From Trichoplax adhaerens (Eukaryota; Animalia; Placozoa), in NCBI RefSeq assembly GCF_000150275.1, contig NW_002060952.1, forward strand, positions 1,796,313 to 1,860,312: 64,000 nucleotides of DNA. The letters are read 5' to 3'. Below are positions 35,939-47,905 of the stretch, one piece after another. The position numbers and the translations under genes were made by a program. Each line of letters starts with the position of its first letter. Position 1 is the stretch's first letter. The notes under the pieces are model-generated. The model was not told the origin of the DNA and searched no databases. It saw nothing but the letters and a program-made list of their open reading frames with translations.

Positions 35939-38373
35939 TTAAATGAGCACATTATCGTAAACCGTCAGTAAAGCGACGGGAGTTTGCACTAGTAAATCTT
36001 AATCTTAGCAAAATCTGGGACTACACCACAAGATGCTGCAAATTTCAATCATAAGAATTGTGTATTGAACAGCGTACTTGATAATAATTTCTTATGTTGC
36101 AAGTTTAACAATCGCTAATGTCATAATGCCTGTAGATTGCAATTTGACTGTAACTTTTAAAAATATTCCGTCCTTCGACAGCTGTTCATAGTACTATACA
36201 AGATGATATCCAGGTTGAGTTGGTTACGGATCAATGGTAGCATGCTCGTAGCTAGGAGTGCTGAGTGTTAGCTTGAATACAAAGACTGCTACCGATGATT
36301 TGTTAAAATTATAACACATTGCACCTTGAACTTGCAAAGACTGTAAACTTCTGAATATATCTTAACCAAGGTTGTCTTATCCTAAATAATTAATAATCTT
36401 TGACTTTATTAATCTATTTGTGCTATCCACACTATCAATAGATACTGCAGATTGGTATTCCTTTTAGTGAAAATTACTTCCAAATACGAGAATGTAAATC
36501 ATTGCGTTATATAAAGCCTAAATTAACATTTCATATAAATTGCTATAATAGAGGATGAAATATTTTAAACTGATTGGAAACGCCTACGATCATTGGTGCT
36601 GAGATTAATCATACGATATATAATTTAATCAACTTACTTAACTAGCTCGAGCATCAGTTATTCAATTAATTATGCTTTACTTAGCTAAGCTATAGAAGAG
36701 TATGAGTTCTTTCTGAATAAAACAAATTTTAATAAATAGATCGTATAGTAATTAGAAATTCAACTTGATTCATGATGATAATAGGAAATAATTATGCAAT
36801 GTGTACTAAAAAGTCAATGATATAAAGAATATAGATTAGTAGTAATCAGTCTATTTATTAGTTACGATGTTTACTTCTTCAGTGAGAACGTTCTCAGAAT
36901 TGGAGATTAATAAACAGCTAGAGGAAAAATAAATCGTTTTAATTAATCAATATTTTCCGAAGTGGCCCTTGTACTTTACAGGATAAATTTCGGTGGTATT
37001 TTCGTGGACTTTGTATGAAAATACAAAAACAGCAAACATGCCTCTCGTATCGTCCATGTCACAAGCTCAATCGAGAAAGAAAGATATTTCTTTATTATGA
37101 GAAAGTATCCTCACTGGAGTTAAAGTAAGATGAAGTATGCTAACATATCTCTTACTTTGATAGAAATAAAGTTAACGCTGCTGCTGTAAAATTGATATGC
37201 GATGAATAAGAAATGAGAAATTATAATACCTAATAAAAAGAAGTTGATAGCTCCTTCAAATCAATCGATATTAGCTTTCGTTGGAGGCCTAAAATATTCA
37301 TCTCAATGATAGCTAAATCATTGGTAATTATTCATAAAATAACCCTAAGAAGAGTCTCGTGTAAGTAAATAACCTTTGGAGAAAGGGTAGACGATGTCAG
37401 GAATATTAATAAAATTGAACAATAAATCGATACGATGTTTGATTTTCTTTACTATTTTATTGTTTCGATATAGTCTCGGTAAGGAACGAATTGACAGCCG
37501 GTAGACTATTATAGCCAGAGTGAAGAATAATAAAGTTGATGGAATGATATTAAAGAAGTTGACTACCCGAAAATATTGAAAAGTTTGTGAGATAATATAA
37601 ACCTTTACTCATCATAACCTTTTATCATAAAATATTGAGATATAAAAGCGTGACCCATAAAGCTAATATCATTCCATTCAATTTTACAGCATAATAAGTG
37701 TCATCAATTCAAGTAAAATTAGTGATATCATGGGGTACCAAGATAATTGTAAGATTGAGTAAATACGAATGGCAATGGATATAATAGTAATGATTATGCT
37801 AAATAGGGAGGCCAGTGTACAGAATTATATTTACCCGTGACTATATTATATGGCATTGCATACTGATAGGATAGAACCACTAACTGTTCAAACATCCATA
37901 CATAATAATTAATATAATATTTGACATCAATTATATCGAAAAAAAATTTATTCAAGGCAAGGCATGTTAAAAGATGAAAATTCCAGTAAATAGTGTAAAG
38001 TCAACTGGGTAGATTGCATGCTTTGTTATTTTAACATGAAAGGCCTGACAGCTATTTACCAAAATAATCTAGATGCTAGAATTTAAGTAAATTTTTCGTT
38101 CTATTTTTAAGTAGTTTCTCGTAGATTTACCTTCAGAAGATTCTGAAACTGTTTTGAATAATATTAGAGAGCCTTAAAATAATATTTAGCTGATATTTCA
38201 ATCGTAAATACCATTGATTACAGTAGCATTGTCCGTTTTAAAGCCTATTTCGACAATTTTAGTACTCTTTTTTGTTACTTTCCGGCGATTTTTTTTTGCA
38301 CATCTTATTAACTTCATCAGATGGTCACTCTGAGTTCTTTATTTGTTCAAGTCGGTCTACAAAATTTTTGAAA

Positions 38374-39522
38374 ATGTCTTCTCTAGGAGCCATTAGAATA
38401 TTTCTAAGTGTTGTTTATATTGGCTTAATGGTCGTCTCCATTCCTGGCAATTCATTGATTTTATGGATTACAAGCCATCACCGACATCTCCAGGCATCGA
38501 CTAACTTGCTAGTTTGCAATTTAGCCTTGGCTAGCATCTTGGTTGGGATCTTACGCTTACCGTTTATTATATTTGAGCTATTAAATTCTGATATTAGTTA
38601 TCCATTTACTCAATCTATGTGTCAATTTCAAGCGCTTATATCTACAGCAAGTATCATGTGTATATCTATTACCTTAACAACGATATGTATTGATCGCTAC
38701 ATTGTTATCGTTCATCCTCTAAAATTCGGATGGAAATTAAGTAAAAAGAAAACTTATATCGCTATTGCGATGAGTTGGATTATTTCCCTGATCTTTTTTG
38801 CACCATATACAAGCTTTAATATTCTTTATCAGCCCAATATCACGATATATTGCTTACCATTTTGGCCTGAAACACCATACGATATCAATTTTACCCGCAT
38901 TTTAAGCAACGGTCATGAAAATTTTATAAGGCTTGAGTTATCGAAATTTTTTGTATGGCTTCTGTTTAATTTATTGGTTTTTCTTGTCCCCTCAATAATT
39001 ATGTTAACATTATATTTAAAAACCATACTTAAATTATGGTATAATACAAGTCCAAGTGATTTAAGACATAGTGATAGACGTTATCTTGATGAAATACATC
39101 GCCTTAAACAAAAACAGCATGCAGTAAAAATAGTTATTACGTGCTGTGTTGCATTCATCATCTTGAATTCCCCATATTATATTGTTACTATGCTTCTTGA
39201 TTTTCAACTTTTATATATATCTAGAGTGTCACAAAGCATCCTGTTCGATGTTTTAAAAACTATAAACTATTTATCTATAGCTTACAATCCTATCATTTAT
39301 GGCTACTTTAATCCTAGCTTTCGTAAGCATGCACCAAAATGGCTCTCTTGCATCAGGATTAAACAACGCTTTCAAATTCTACGTCGAAACCAAGAAGTAA
39401 CATTTCATAGCACATTAAAAACTGAGCAAGCTAAGTTAGGTTTAATTGATATTTCCAATACGAAATCTGAACATGATACTAGTAAACCATGCCTATATCA
39501 TTTAAATGATACAATCCAGTGA
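38374..39522 (+). CDS. Rhodopsin-class GPCR, cluster member 2 (382 aa from first ATG)
   Basis: 7TM pattern; IPGN, CIDRY, ECL2 Cys (YCLPFWP), YNPIIYGYFN. The ATG at 38374 is preferred over the TTG at 38272. Confidence 0.95.
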   Translation: MSSLGAIRIFLSVVYIGLMVVSIPGNSLILWITSHHRHLQASTNLLVCNLALASILVGILRLPFIIFELLNSDISYPFTQSMCQFQALISTASIMCISITLTTICIDRYIVIVHPLKFGWKLSKKKTYIAIAMSWIISLIFFAPYTSFNILYQPNITIYCLPFWPETPYDINFTRILSNGHENFIRLELSKFFVWLLFNLLVFLVPSIIMLTLYLKTILKLWYNTSPSDLRHSDRRYLDEIHRLKQKQHAVKIVITCCVAFIILNSPYYIVTMLLDFQLLYISRVSQSILFDVLKTINYLSIAYNPIIYGYFNPSFRKHAPKWLSCIRIKQRFQILRRNQEVTFHSTLKTEQAKLGLIDISNTKSEHDTSKPCLYHLNDTIQ

Positions 39523-42259
39523 GCAACATATCTTATCATTTTTTTCTTTACTTCATCTAATTGTACACTATATTAGCAATAAATCTCAGTATCATATCAA
39601 ATCTAAATATCCTACCATACTGAATGTAATCGATCTATCAGAGATTATTGTTTTTGTATTATCTTGATAGTCAGATAAAAGCGAGTTTACGCTATTGTAA
39701 CACAATTTTTGGATCATCACAAAGTCAGCTATGGTATTAAATGCTATGATCATTCAAAATCTTAGCAAATTGTTATCATTGTTTACCTATCGCTCAGTGT
39801 TTTTAAGAAAAGTAACAACTATTTTATAATATTTGCTTGCGGATCAGCTATTTAATCTAGCCAAATTTGTTATAAGCATCCCCACATTATTACTTATCAA
39901 TTCTCTAATACGGTTACTATTCCAAGTTTTAAATGTTGAAAGTGCAATTTATACCTGTATATCTTCTCTTACGTAGACATACCATTAAATCTAAATTGAT
40001 GGCCTAGTAAAATATCTATCGATATCAGCAATAAAATTTAATCTGAAATCGATCTTCAAGTTTACTTTAATCATTCGATTCATGCAAAACAGATCTAACG
40101 CTGTATCATCTTACTGGCTGAAACATTTTTAGCTAGTCATGGTAAGAAACTTTGAAAATATTACAGGAAGTAACTTTAAATATAAACTTTGCTCATAAAT
40201 AACAGAATGTTGATTTTAACTTCATCAATTCTGTAGCTGCTTTGCAATTAGAGGCAATTGATCTGTTGTAAATGTGCTAATGTTATGAACATTTATAGAA
40301 GAATGTTTTCGATCTACCTGAAAGCAATAGGGACAAGCACGCATATAGATATTGCAATATTAAACGATGTTGAAAGCAATAGTAATATTGGGGTACAGAT
40401 GTGCTACAGCTATCACTTGTATTGGGTAATCCTTTCGCCATCGTAACCAGTGCTTATGTACAGAGTGTAATGATAATACCTTTAAACTCTATAACTGCTT
40501 TATTGATACAGTTATTTGTAACTAGAAAACGATGCCAAAGGTACTCCCAAAATTTTATACCATCTTATCGCCCACAACATCTATTCTGATTGAATTTTAA
40601 TAGAAGAGGCATAAAACTCACTCTAAATATAGTATGTCTTAATATATAACTGCTTACCGACGTCAAAACAATGCCAAATATTTGAATTCTGACATCTATA
40701 CAACGTACAAATTCGTTGTTTCTTTATCACTTTTAATCTCCATTAAATTTTAAAGGCCATCTAAATTGTTATTAATTATTTATGATAATTTCATAGTGTA
40801 TAATATCCAGAGTAAAATTAATTGAGGATGAGTGAAGCAGGATGTTACGATCAGATATCACACAGTTTATTATAGATCGACGTGAAATTGTTCTAGAAGT
40901 AAGGTAAATTTTAGCTTGGTTAGGAATAAGCTATTAATAAAATAATATCTTTGTATATCTTATTCCTAAAATATAGAAGTAACATGGCTAATTGAACATA
41001 AAACCACTGGCAGAAAATTTAGTTTTAGGTATTAAATGCGACATAGTTAAATACTCAATCATATCGACTGATCCTACATGATATCGATAGTGATAAATGT
41101 TATTGTGAAATTATTTTATAAAAGATGCGATTGTCTAACATCAGTATATTTTCCTAAGTAAGGAGTCTAGACTTAATTATTATTTGATGAATAATATTAT
41201 TATGCATGTGCATCCCAAACTAGAATCGATCTTCTGGTAAATTGAATATGATAAAACAAAACGCGGACATTTTACCTTAGCCAACAGTTTTGCTATCTTT
41301 CTCAATTCCAGAGAATTGAAATTTTGAACTTGACTGAATAAACTATTTATGTTTTATGACTATTGACTACCGCAGCAATCATGAGCTATAGGCATAACGT
41401 AAATACCAGTGTCTGTAATTATAAGAATCTTATTAAAGTTAATTCAAGGATGCTATAATACATAGAAATAAGACTAATCGGTGAACCAGACATTGCAAAA
41501 ACCAACGCTATTTTGACAATTACTACTTCTGGCATAATTTCCAGTAATAGAAATACGTGTAATGATTCATTCCGAAAATACAATTGTTCTTTGCTTACTA
41601 ACCTCATCTACGATAGCATTTCCGCCCCTTCGGTTATTAAAAATTAAAATAGTATCTACTGCGTAATATTATCGTAAAGTAATGATATATTATGTCTACG
41701 ATCATACGAATAATACTGCTTTATTCTAATAATACGGTATTGTAAAAGACCGTATTTATGCCGTTATGGCATATAGTTTTTTGTATTACTATCATATGTA
41801 ATATTTCGGATATAATCGACATTATTGTCTGTTTTGTTATGTAATGATAACTCGCTCTATATAGATACAAAGCAATAAAATCCGACATTATATCTGATAA
41901 ATATTTATATTAAAATAATGACGATAGTATCACCGTAATCAATATCGTTCATGATTGTTTCTTATAGATTATTCTTTAAAGATAGTCCTGTTACCATTTA
42001 ACTGATTTCGCGTGAACATTGTTGTTAATTGCTAGAGCCTTTCTTAATAAGTCTGTATAATTGATTATTTCTCGCGTATCGGATTACTGCCATAGAGCTA
42101 TCGATTAAAATTTCATATCTGAATACGCCAGATTTATATTGTTGAATTGCACATACTTTATTCTTGTAACCCCACCTTCACAATTACGATTAGTATTATG
42201 AAGCAAGTAACTGTCAATTTTGGATTTACCAGTATTTGATATTATGTATATGAACGTAA

Positions 42260-42341
42260 CCGTATGCGAAGTCGGTCATTTTGCAAACTGCCCGGGCACT
42301 TTGCAAAATGACAATACGGACGGACATTTTGCAAACTGCCC
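42260..42341. repeat. GC-rich palindrome plus a third arm copy; possible non-autonomous transposon relic
   Basis: GTCATTTTGCAAA-C-TGCCCGGGCA-C-TTTGCAAAATGAC (42275-42312, one mismatch), flanked by CCGTAT/ATACGG. CATTTTGCAAACTGCCC recurs at ~42325-42341. Confidence 0.75.
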
Positions 42342-42911
42342 AAAGCTAGAATTAATTGGTTCGGTAGATGATGTTGTTAATAGAGATTATTTGAAAATGA
42401 CGGAAATAAACAAAGTCGTTGGATGAATGATTTGTAGTAATTTAAAAATGAAATTGAGCACGATAACATCAGCGTCAATCCGTTCACTTCCTAAAGACTG
42501 TAATAGGGCATTTGTTACATTCGTTTACATAACTACAATCCCAAGATAAATTTGGGCTAGTTACCTTACAATTGTTGATCATATTGGTGCCGAGACGACT
42601 GACAGAAAATTTTACGTCAATATACTTGATAAATCATCGAACTCCAAACAGAATTATCTCTACCTTCATTACTATTATATATTCAAGAGGAGGATTGTTA
42701 TCTAAATGAATTCAAAACAGTTAGCTAGCACGTATAAATAGGGTTAAATTTACATTTACTATGTAGAGCTAGAATTGACCTGTAAATTCGATAGCAGACT
42801 CATTAATTACCAGCTTTAAAAGAATTTACATCGTCATGAAATACCACGAGAACCTAATACTACCAGCAAATCGTATGATATTCTATATCGTATGAACTTT
42901 TTAAATGCCCA

Positions 42912-43060
42912 TGTGACAAAGTGATCTTCAAAACAATAAATCAAGAACTACAGTTTCTTGCAAATTTCACTTTATTACAGAAGTTAGGTTCGTCTAACTA
43001 CCAAGGACTATCTGACTATCTGACAATCTACTTATTACAGCAAAATTCACGATTTATATA
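42912..43060. repeat. 149-bp inverted repeat, left copy
   Basis: Equals the reverse complement of 58194-58342 apart from one mismatch (TGTGACAAAG vs TGTGATAAAG), by eye. Confidence 0.95.
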
Positions 43061-46000
43061 GCGAACCAGAATGTGACCTCTAGAATTCTAAGGCGCAAAT
43101 ATTCCAAGTAAAAATTCTATAAAGTTATGCAACTCTTTTTAAATTACTTCTGTATGGTATTTACGCATCGTAGGACATTAACATATAAGAATGAATGATG
43201 TATAAAGACGCAGAATAGTTTAAAGCTATTACCAGAGAGAAAGTAAGTTGATTTAAAACTGAAATCGCTATCGCCCGCAATAAAGTCTTGATTCACTCTA
43301 ATAATATGAAAATCGAACATAATGGAGCACATATCTGGCTTTCTATTTTTAAATGTTGGGCTACCCCTACAGCTTGCAAATATTTTGCGTTTTTACAATA
43401 ATTATTAAAATATTCTAAGATTGACTGAATGGATACAGTAGAAAAGAGTATATCTACAGTACCTTCAATTGATATTATCATGCATCAGATTTAATGTTCC
43501 ATATACTTTTGCTCGTTAGGAGATCTAGTATCTAATATGAAGTAACCACCAAAGTATCTCTTGTATAGATATATATTAAAGAAGTGTTAAATAGTCATAC
43601 TTCAAGATTCATACTTTGCTAGCTATTCAAAGTTATTTTCCTATAAAACTGTAATTCAGCGCAATATAATAAGCACTCTAATATCTTTAAACTCATAATA
43701 GCCCTCAAAGTGTTCATTCATTACTTATTGTTGTATTAATTAACCTAAGCAGAGGTTTAGCTCAAAGTAGAAGTACGTATACAAATAACATATTTACTTA
43801 CTTCTTGATTAGTCATCCTTTAAAATGTTTGACAAGAAAATACATAATTGATCTTGAACTTTATGTTTATGAATGCTGTAACTTCCAATAGTTACTTGGC
43901 ATATTTAGAATGAAATCATATGCTGTTCCAATTATATTACTTATGTTTAAAAGAAAAATAACGAAGCTTTACAGTAAATGTGCTATAAGTTTTTAGCCAG
44001 TATCTTCATTTAGGGTGGATTAAACTGTTATCTAGATACGTCCAGAAAAATTTGCTGCAAAATTTAAAGATAACGATTTTGTCCATGTTCTCATATGCTG
44101 CAAGAGAAATTCTATTTTGATATTAAACAATGAGTCTAGCAATCTCGGCGCAGCATTAAAGATAAAAGTAGTCGAAAAATGTTGTTTAGAGTCTATGTTT
44201 GATTATTATCAACTAGTTGTCATGCATGCTTCCTTCCATTTAATTACTCATACAAGCATTAAACTTATTATTTAACCTCCACGATCGAGTTAATTTATAA
44301 GGTGGAAACAGGAATTGAGTAATAGAAATGAAAAATATTTGGTTGGAGCATTAAAAAAGTCTACAGTCCTCATATTTAGATCACGTATCAATAGGTATGA
44401 ACTTATTTAAAATCAAACCGATCTAAGTACGGTATTATATACTAATTAACGCCTTTGCAATATGCCTTCAGATTACGATTAGAGTCATTGATCTTTAATT
44501 TTTACTTTTCATTAGTTATAAATTAATCAATGGTTATTTAATAATTCTCAAAATTTCGTTATTAGTGTTTTGTTGCAATATCATTTTGGAATCACGCACG
44601 AAAAGCATCATGACTAGTTGACATAGACTTAAATTAATTTTCTCAAAACAGTAATTGCATTGTAAGAATAAACCCTCAACATTTGCGTATTCAACATTGG
44701 AATAACAATAATACTGATTTGCCTTGTGTTATGGTCATGGAATCAGCGAAATTGCTTATGATCGAAAATAACGAATTATTGTATTTAGTTACAATAACAC
44801 TAGTCGTTATGATAAACAGTTAGTACATGTTATCGAAAACATGAAATTCCTTTAATTCCCCTAATAAATATCAGATTAATACAAGCTTTGTATATTCCTA
44901 TTCAATATTTAAAGTGTTAATATTGTGCAAATTCCATCTTCAGCGACGCCATGAAAATTTTATTTACGTCATACTGACGAACTAGACTTGATGGCAATGA
45001 TGTAGTAGGCTATATTGATGACGGCATCGATCGGATTAATTATAACTGCATGGATCTTAGCGAGTTTGTTTTCACCTAGAAGCCTTTGTCAATAAAATAT
45101 TCTAGCTGTGTAATAATATTTAATCTTGAGATTCTTATCAATGTAATAAGTGATCGAAGTAAATGAGTTGTAATTATAAAATAACAAAGGTATCTATAAT
45201 GAATCATTATGTGCTGTATCCACATCAATCATAACATTTAATGAGATTATTAGTATTCATTCTAAAGTCATTAACCCACCCTATGATCACATTAATTATA
45301 TAGCTATCGGTATATTATCTTCATTATTATCGTAACTATCAAGTATATTCCGCGGTAAGCAGTAAGTTAGCATTTCATTAATAAGGGTCTCTACATAACG
45401 ACCCAGAAATGTAGTTCACGTATCAGTAAATCGTGTTCGATATGTAATAGACTAAGCCAATGAGAGAAATTGCGATAGAGCTATCCAAGCCAATATTAGC
45501 AACCGCAAATCATCATACTGTCTTTAGTATTCTGCTTTACTGATATCTGACATATTTTTTGAATAATCCAATGTCCATGCTCGTAGTATACTCTTAATTA
45601 ACGCCTAAAATAAATAGAATGCGGATAAGAAAAACTGAATTAAAATGATTTTCTGCTACCGATCTTTCAATTAATAAACTCCACGTTAGATAGAAAAAAC
45701 AATTGCAAATTTTTGCAATAAACGCTGTAAAATAAAGTGTGTAATTAGTACCTATAATTTTAATTTACATTAAAACCCGCTAGGTTGGACTATGGTATGT
45801 TTGTTTATTCAGTTAATGATATTGGCGTCAACACCTTTATTTACATACAATGCGAATGCCATCTTGCCGTCTAATGGTGAGGGCATATCACCTGTTGTTC
45901 CGGCCTATAGTAACCATAACAACGATACTGAATTATTTATTCAATCATATCCCGTGTTGCTTTTAGCAGCGACAACTGGTGAACGTGCCCTATCATTGTG

Positions 46001-46218
46001 GCACTTTTTATTCGATCTCAAGAAATAAAGAGGGTGTTCTTCAGCTGCTATTTTTCCATATTGAAGTTTCAACTACTTTGGATTGAAATACTTGTAGTTA
46101 TAATATTTTACCGTAACTGGTCAAAATAATACTAAGCTACAGATTTATTTTTTTACATTAGCTATTTCTCGATTTTAATTCTCTGAGTTAAGAATTATAT
46201 TCATATTTTCCTATAAAA

Positions 46219-47256
46219 ATGGCGGTAGATGATAATAAAGTTATTGGCATTTTCAATATCATCGTAATAGTTGTATCAATTCCTTCCAATGCCTTAATTT
46301 TACTGACAATGACACTGAACAAGAAATTGCGATCTCCTACCAATCTGTTGGTAGGAAATTTATCTATTGCTAGCTTAGCTATTGCAATATTTCGTATGCC
46401 AGTTAAAACCTACGAATTATTCCACCCAAAACAAGGTTTCCCATTTGGGAATTCGATTGGTATGTGCCGATTCCAACAAATTCTGCCATCTGCAAGTGTT
46501 TTTTGTATATCTTTAACTCTAACGACAATCTGCGTTGATCGTTATATTGCAATCATGCATCCAATGAAACAACACCTAAAGTTGAGCTTGAGAAAAGTCT
46601 ATATCTTTATACCATGCAGCTGGATAGTATCATTTGCTTGCTTCGGGGTGTACGCTAGCTACATGGCCACAATTGAAGTAGGACCAGCAGTTTACTGCCT
46701 TCCAATTTATCCTCCAGGACCTGCAGATATTTTCGTACGTAATGCCACCGGATATGTTATAGCTACCTACCGAGGAACAAAAGTTTCATTGTGGGCTTGC
46801 TTCATCATTTTTGCTTTTCTTATACCATCAGCTGTAATGACAGTTTTGTATTCTATAACAGCAAGATTCTTATGGTCAAGAACTGGTCCTGGAGATAAAA
46901 TTACGACTGTAAGAGTTTCAGAAACTCGTCGACGCCTACAGCAAAAGCGTCGAGTAGTTGGAATATTAATCGCTTGTTGTGTTATTTTTATTGGTGTTAA
47001 TTTACCATACTATTTCTTATTTATGCTACTGGACTTAGGTCAAATAGTAATTCCAAACGTCGGATTTGTAGTTAACCTATTAATATTGATCAATTTATCG
47101 TGCATTGTGTATAATCCAGTCATTTACGGGTTCTTTAATCCAAGTATCCGAATTTCAATAGCGAATCTATTGCGTAGAGTGGTAGGAATAGAGCCTCAAC
47201 GTATGCGTGCTACGACAGCGACGTCTGTCGTTAATGGACCTTCATCGTATAAATAA
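46219..47256 (+). CDS. Rhodopsin-class GPCR, cluster member 3 (345 aa)
   Basis: 7TM pattern; IPSN, LRSPTN, CVDRY, YCLPIYP, FLIP, NLPYY, YNPVIYGFFN. Confidence 0.95.
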   Translation: MAVDDNKVIGIFNIIVIVVSIPSNALILLTMTLNKKLRSPTNLLVGNLSIASLAIAIFRMPVKTYELFHPKQGFPFGNSIGMCRFQQILPSASVFCISLTLTTICVDRYIAIMHPMKQHLKLSLRKVYIFIPCSWIVSFACFGVYASYMATIEVGPAVYCLPIYPPGPADIFVRNATGYVIATYRGTKVSLWACFIIFAFLIPSAVMTVLYSITARFLWSRTGPGDKITTVRVSETRRRLQQKRRVVGILIACCVIFIGVNLPYYFLFMLLDLGQIVIPNVGFVVNLLILINLSCIVYNPVIYGFFNPSIRISIANLLRRVVGIEPQRMRATTATSVVNGPSSYK

Positions 47257-47654
47257 TTAATAACCCGATGTAAGTAAAACGTAACCGAAAATATCCTGCT
47301 GTGTCTTTGCTTGTAATGTTATTTATCATTAATTGCTATGCAATTCTTTAAAAATTTCTGGTTTTATTTCTATATTTACTAGAGCTTAAGAGCTAATCGA
47401 TATCTAATGTAATTTATTGAGTACCCACTTCATCAATACTCCAATCAGTTCTTACACCCTAGTTTAACATATTTAATCGATTACTTAATTTACATCATTA
47501 CTTTTATAATGGTCATCAACATATATTAGGCAACGATATTTTGGGTTATTAAGATTAAAAGTAAATTGATTCCGTGTGCATTCGTTAGCTAAACGTCTAG
47601 TAGACCTTTAACATGGATCGTAATTAAGACTGCATTTAAAGAAACTGCAATAGC

Positions 47655-47905
47655 TCAAAGCAATTCGACAGCGTAGCATAGCACATATGGAATATGTTGA
47701 TACGTGTATATCAACGGTAGAAATAGGAATTAATTTTCAAGTGAATTCGTTAGTTAATCGCTTAGTACAATTTTTTTAGATAGGCCATCATTAATGGTAC
47801 AGTTATAAAAATTCCAGTCACTGGAAGCAAATTCGATAGCACAGTATGGCACGCGTTGACTATGCTAATACGTGTAATTCAACTATAGCAACAAGAAATA
47901 AATTT
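47655..47905. repeat. Diverged tandem duplication (~170-bp period) downstream of GPCR3
   Basis: AAGCAATTCGA.AGC..AG.AT.GCAC...TATG.T.ATACGTGTA.TCAAC..TAG.AA.A.GAA.TAA.TTT occurs at ~47658 and ~47825. Confidence 0.65.

Noticed and set aside
36883-36896. 14-bp palindrome TGAGAACGTTCTCA and other short hairpins (e.g. ~50722-50740)
   Set aside because: Short enough to arise by chance in 64 kb of AT-rich DNA.
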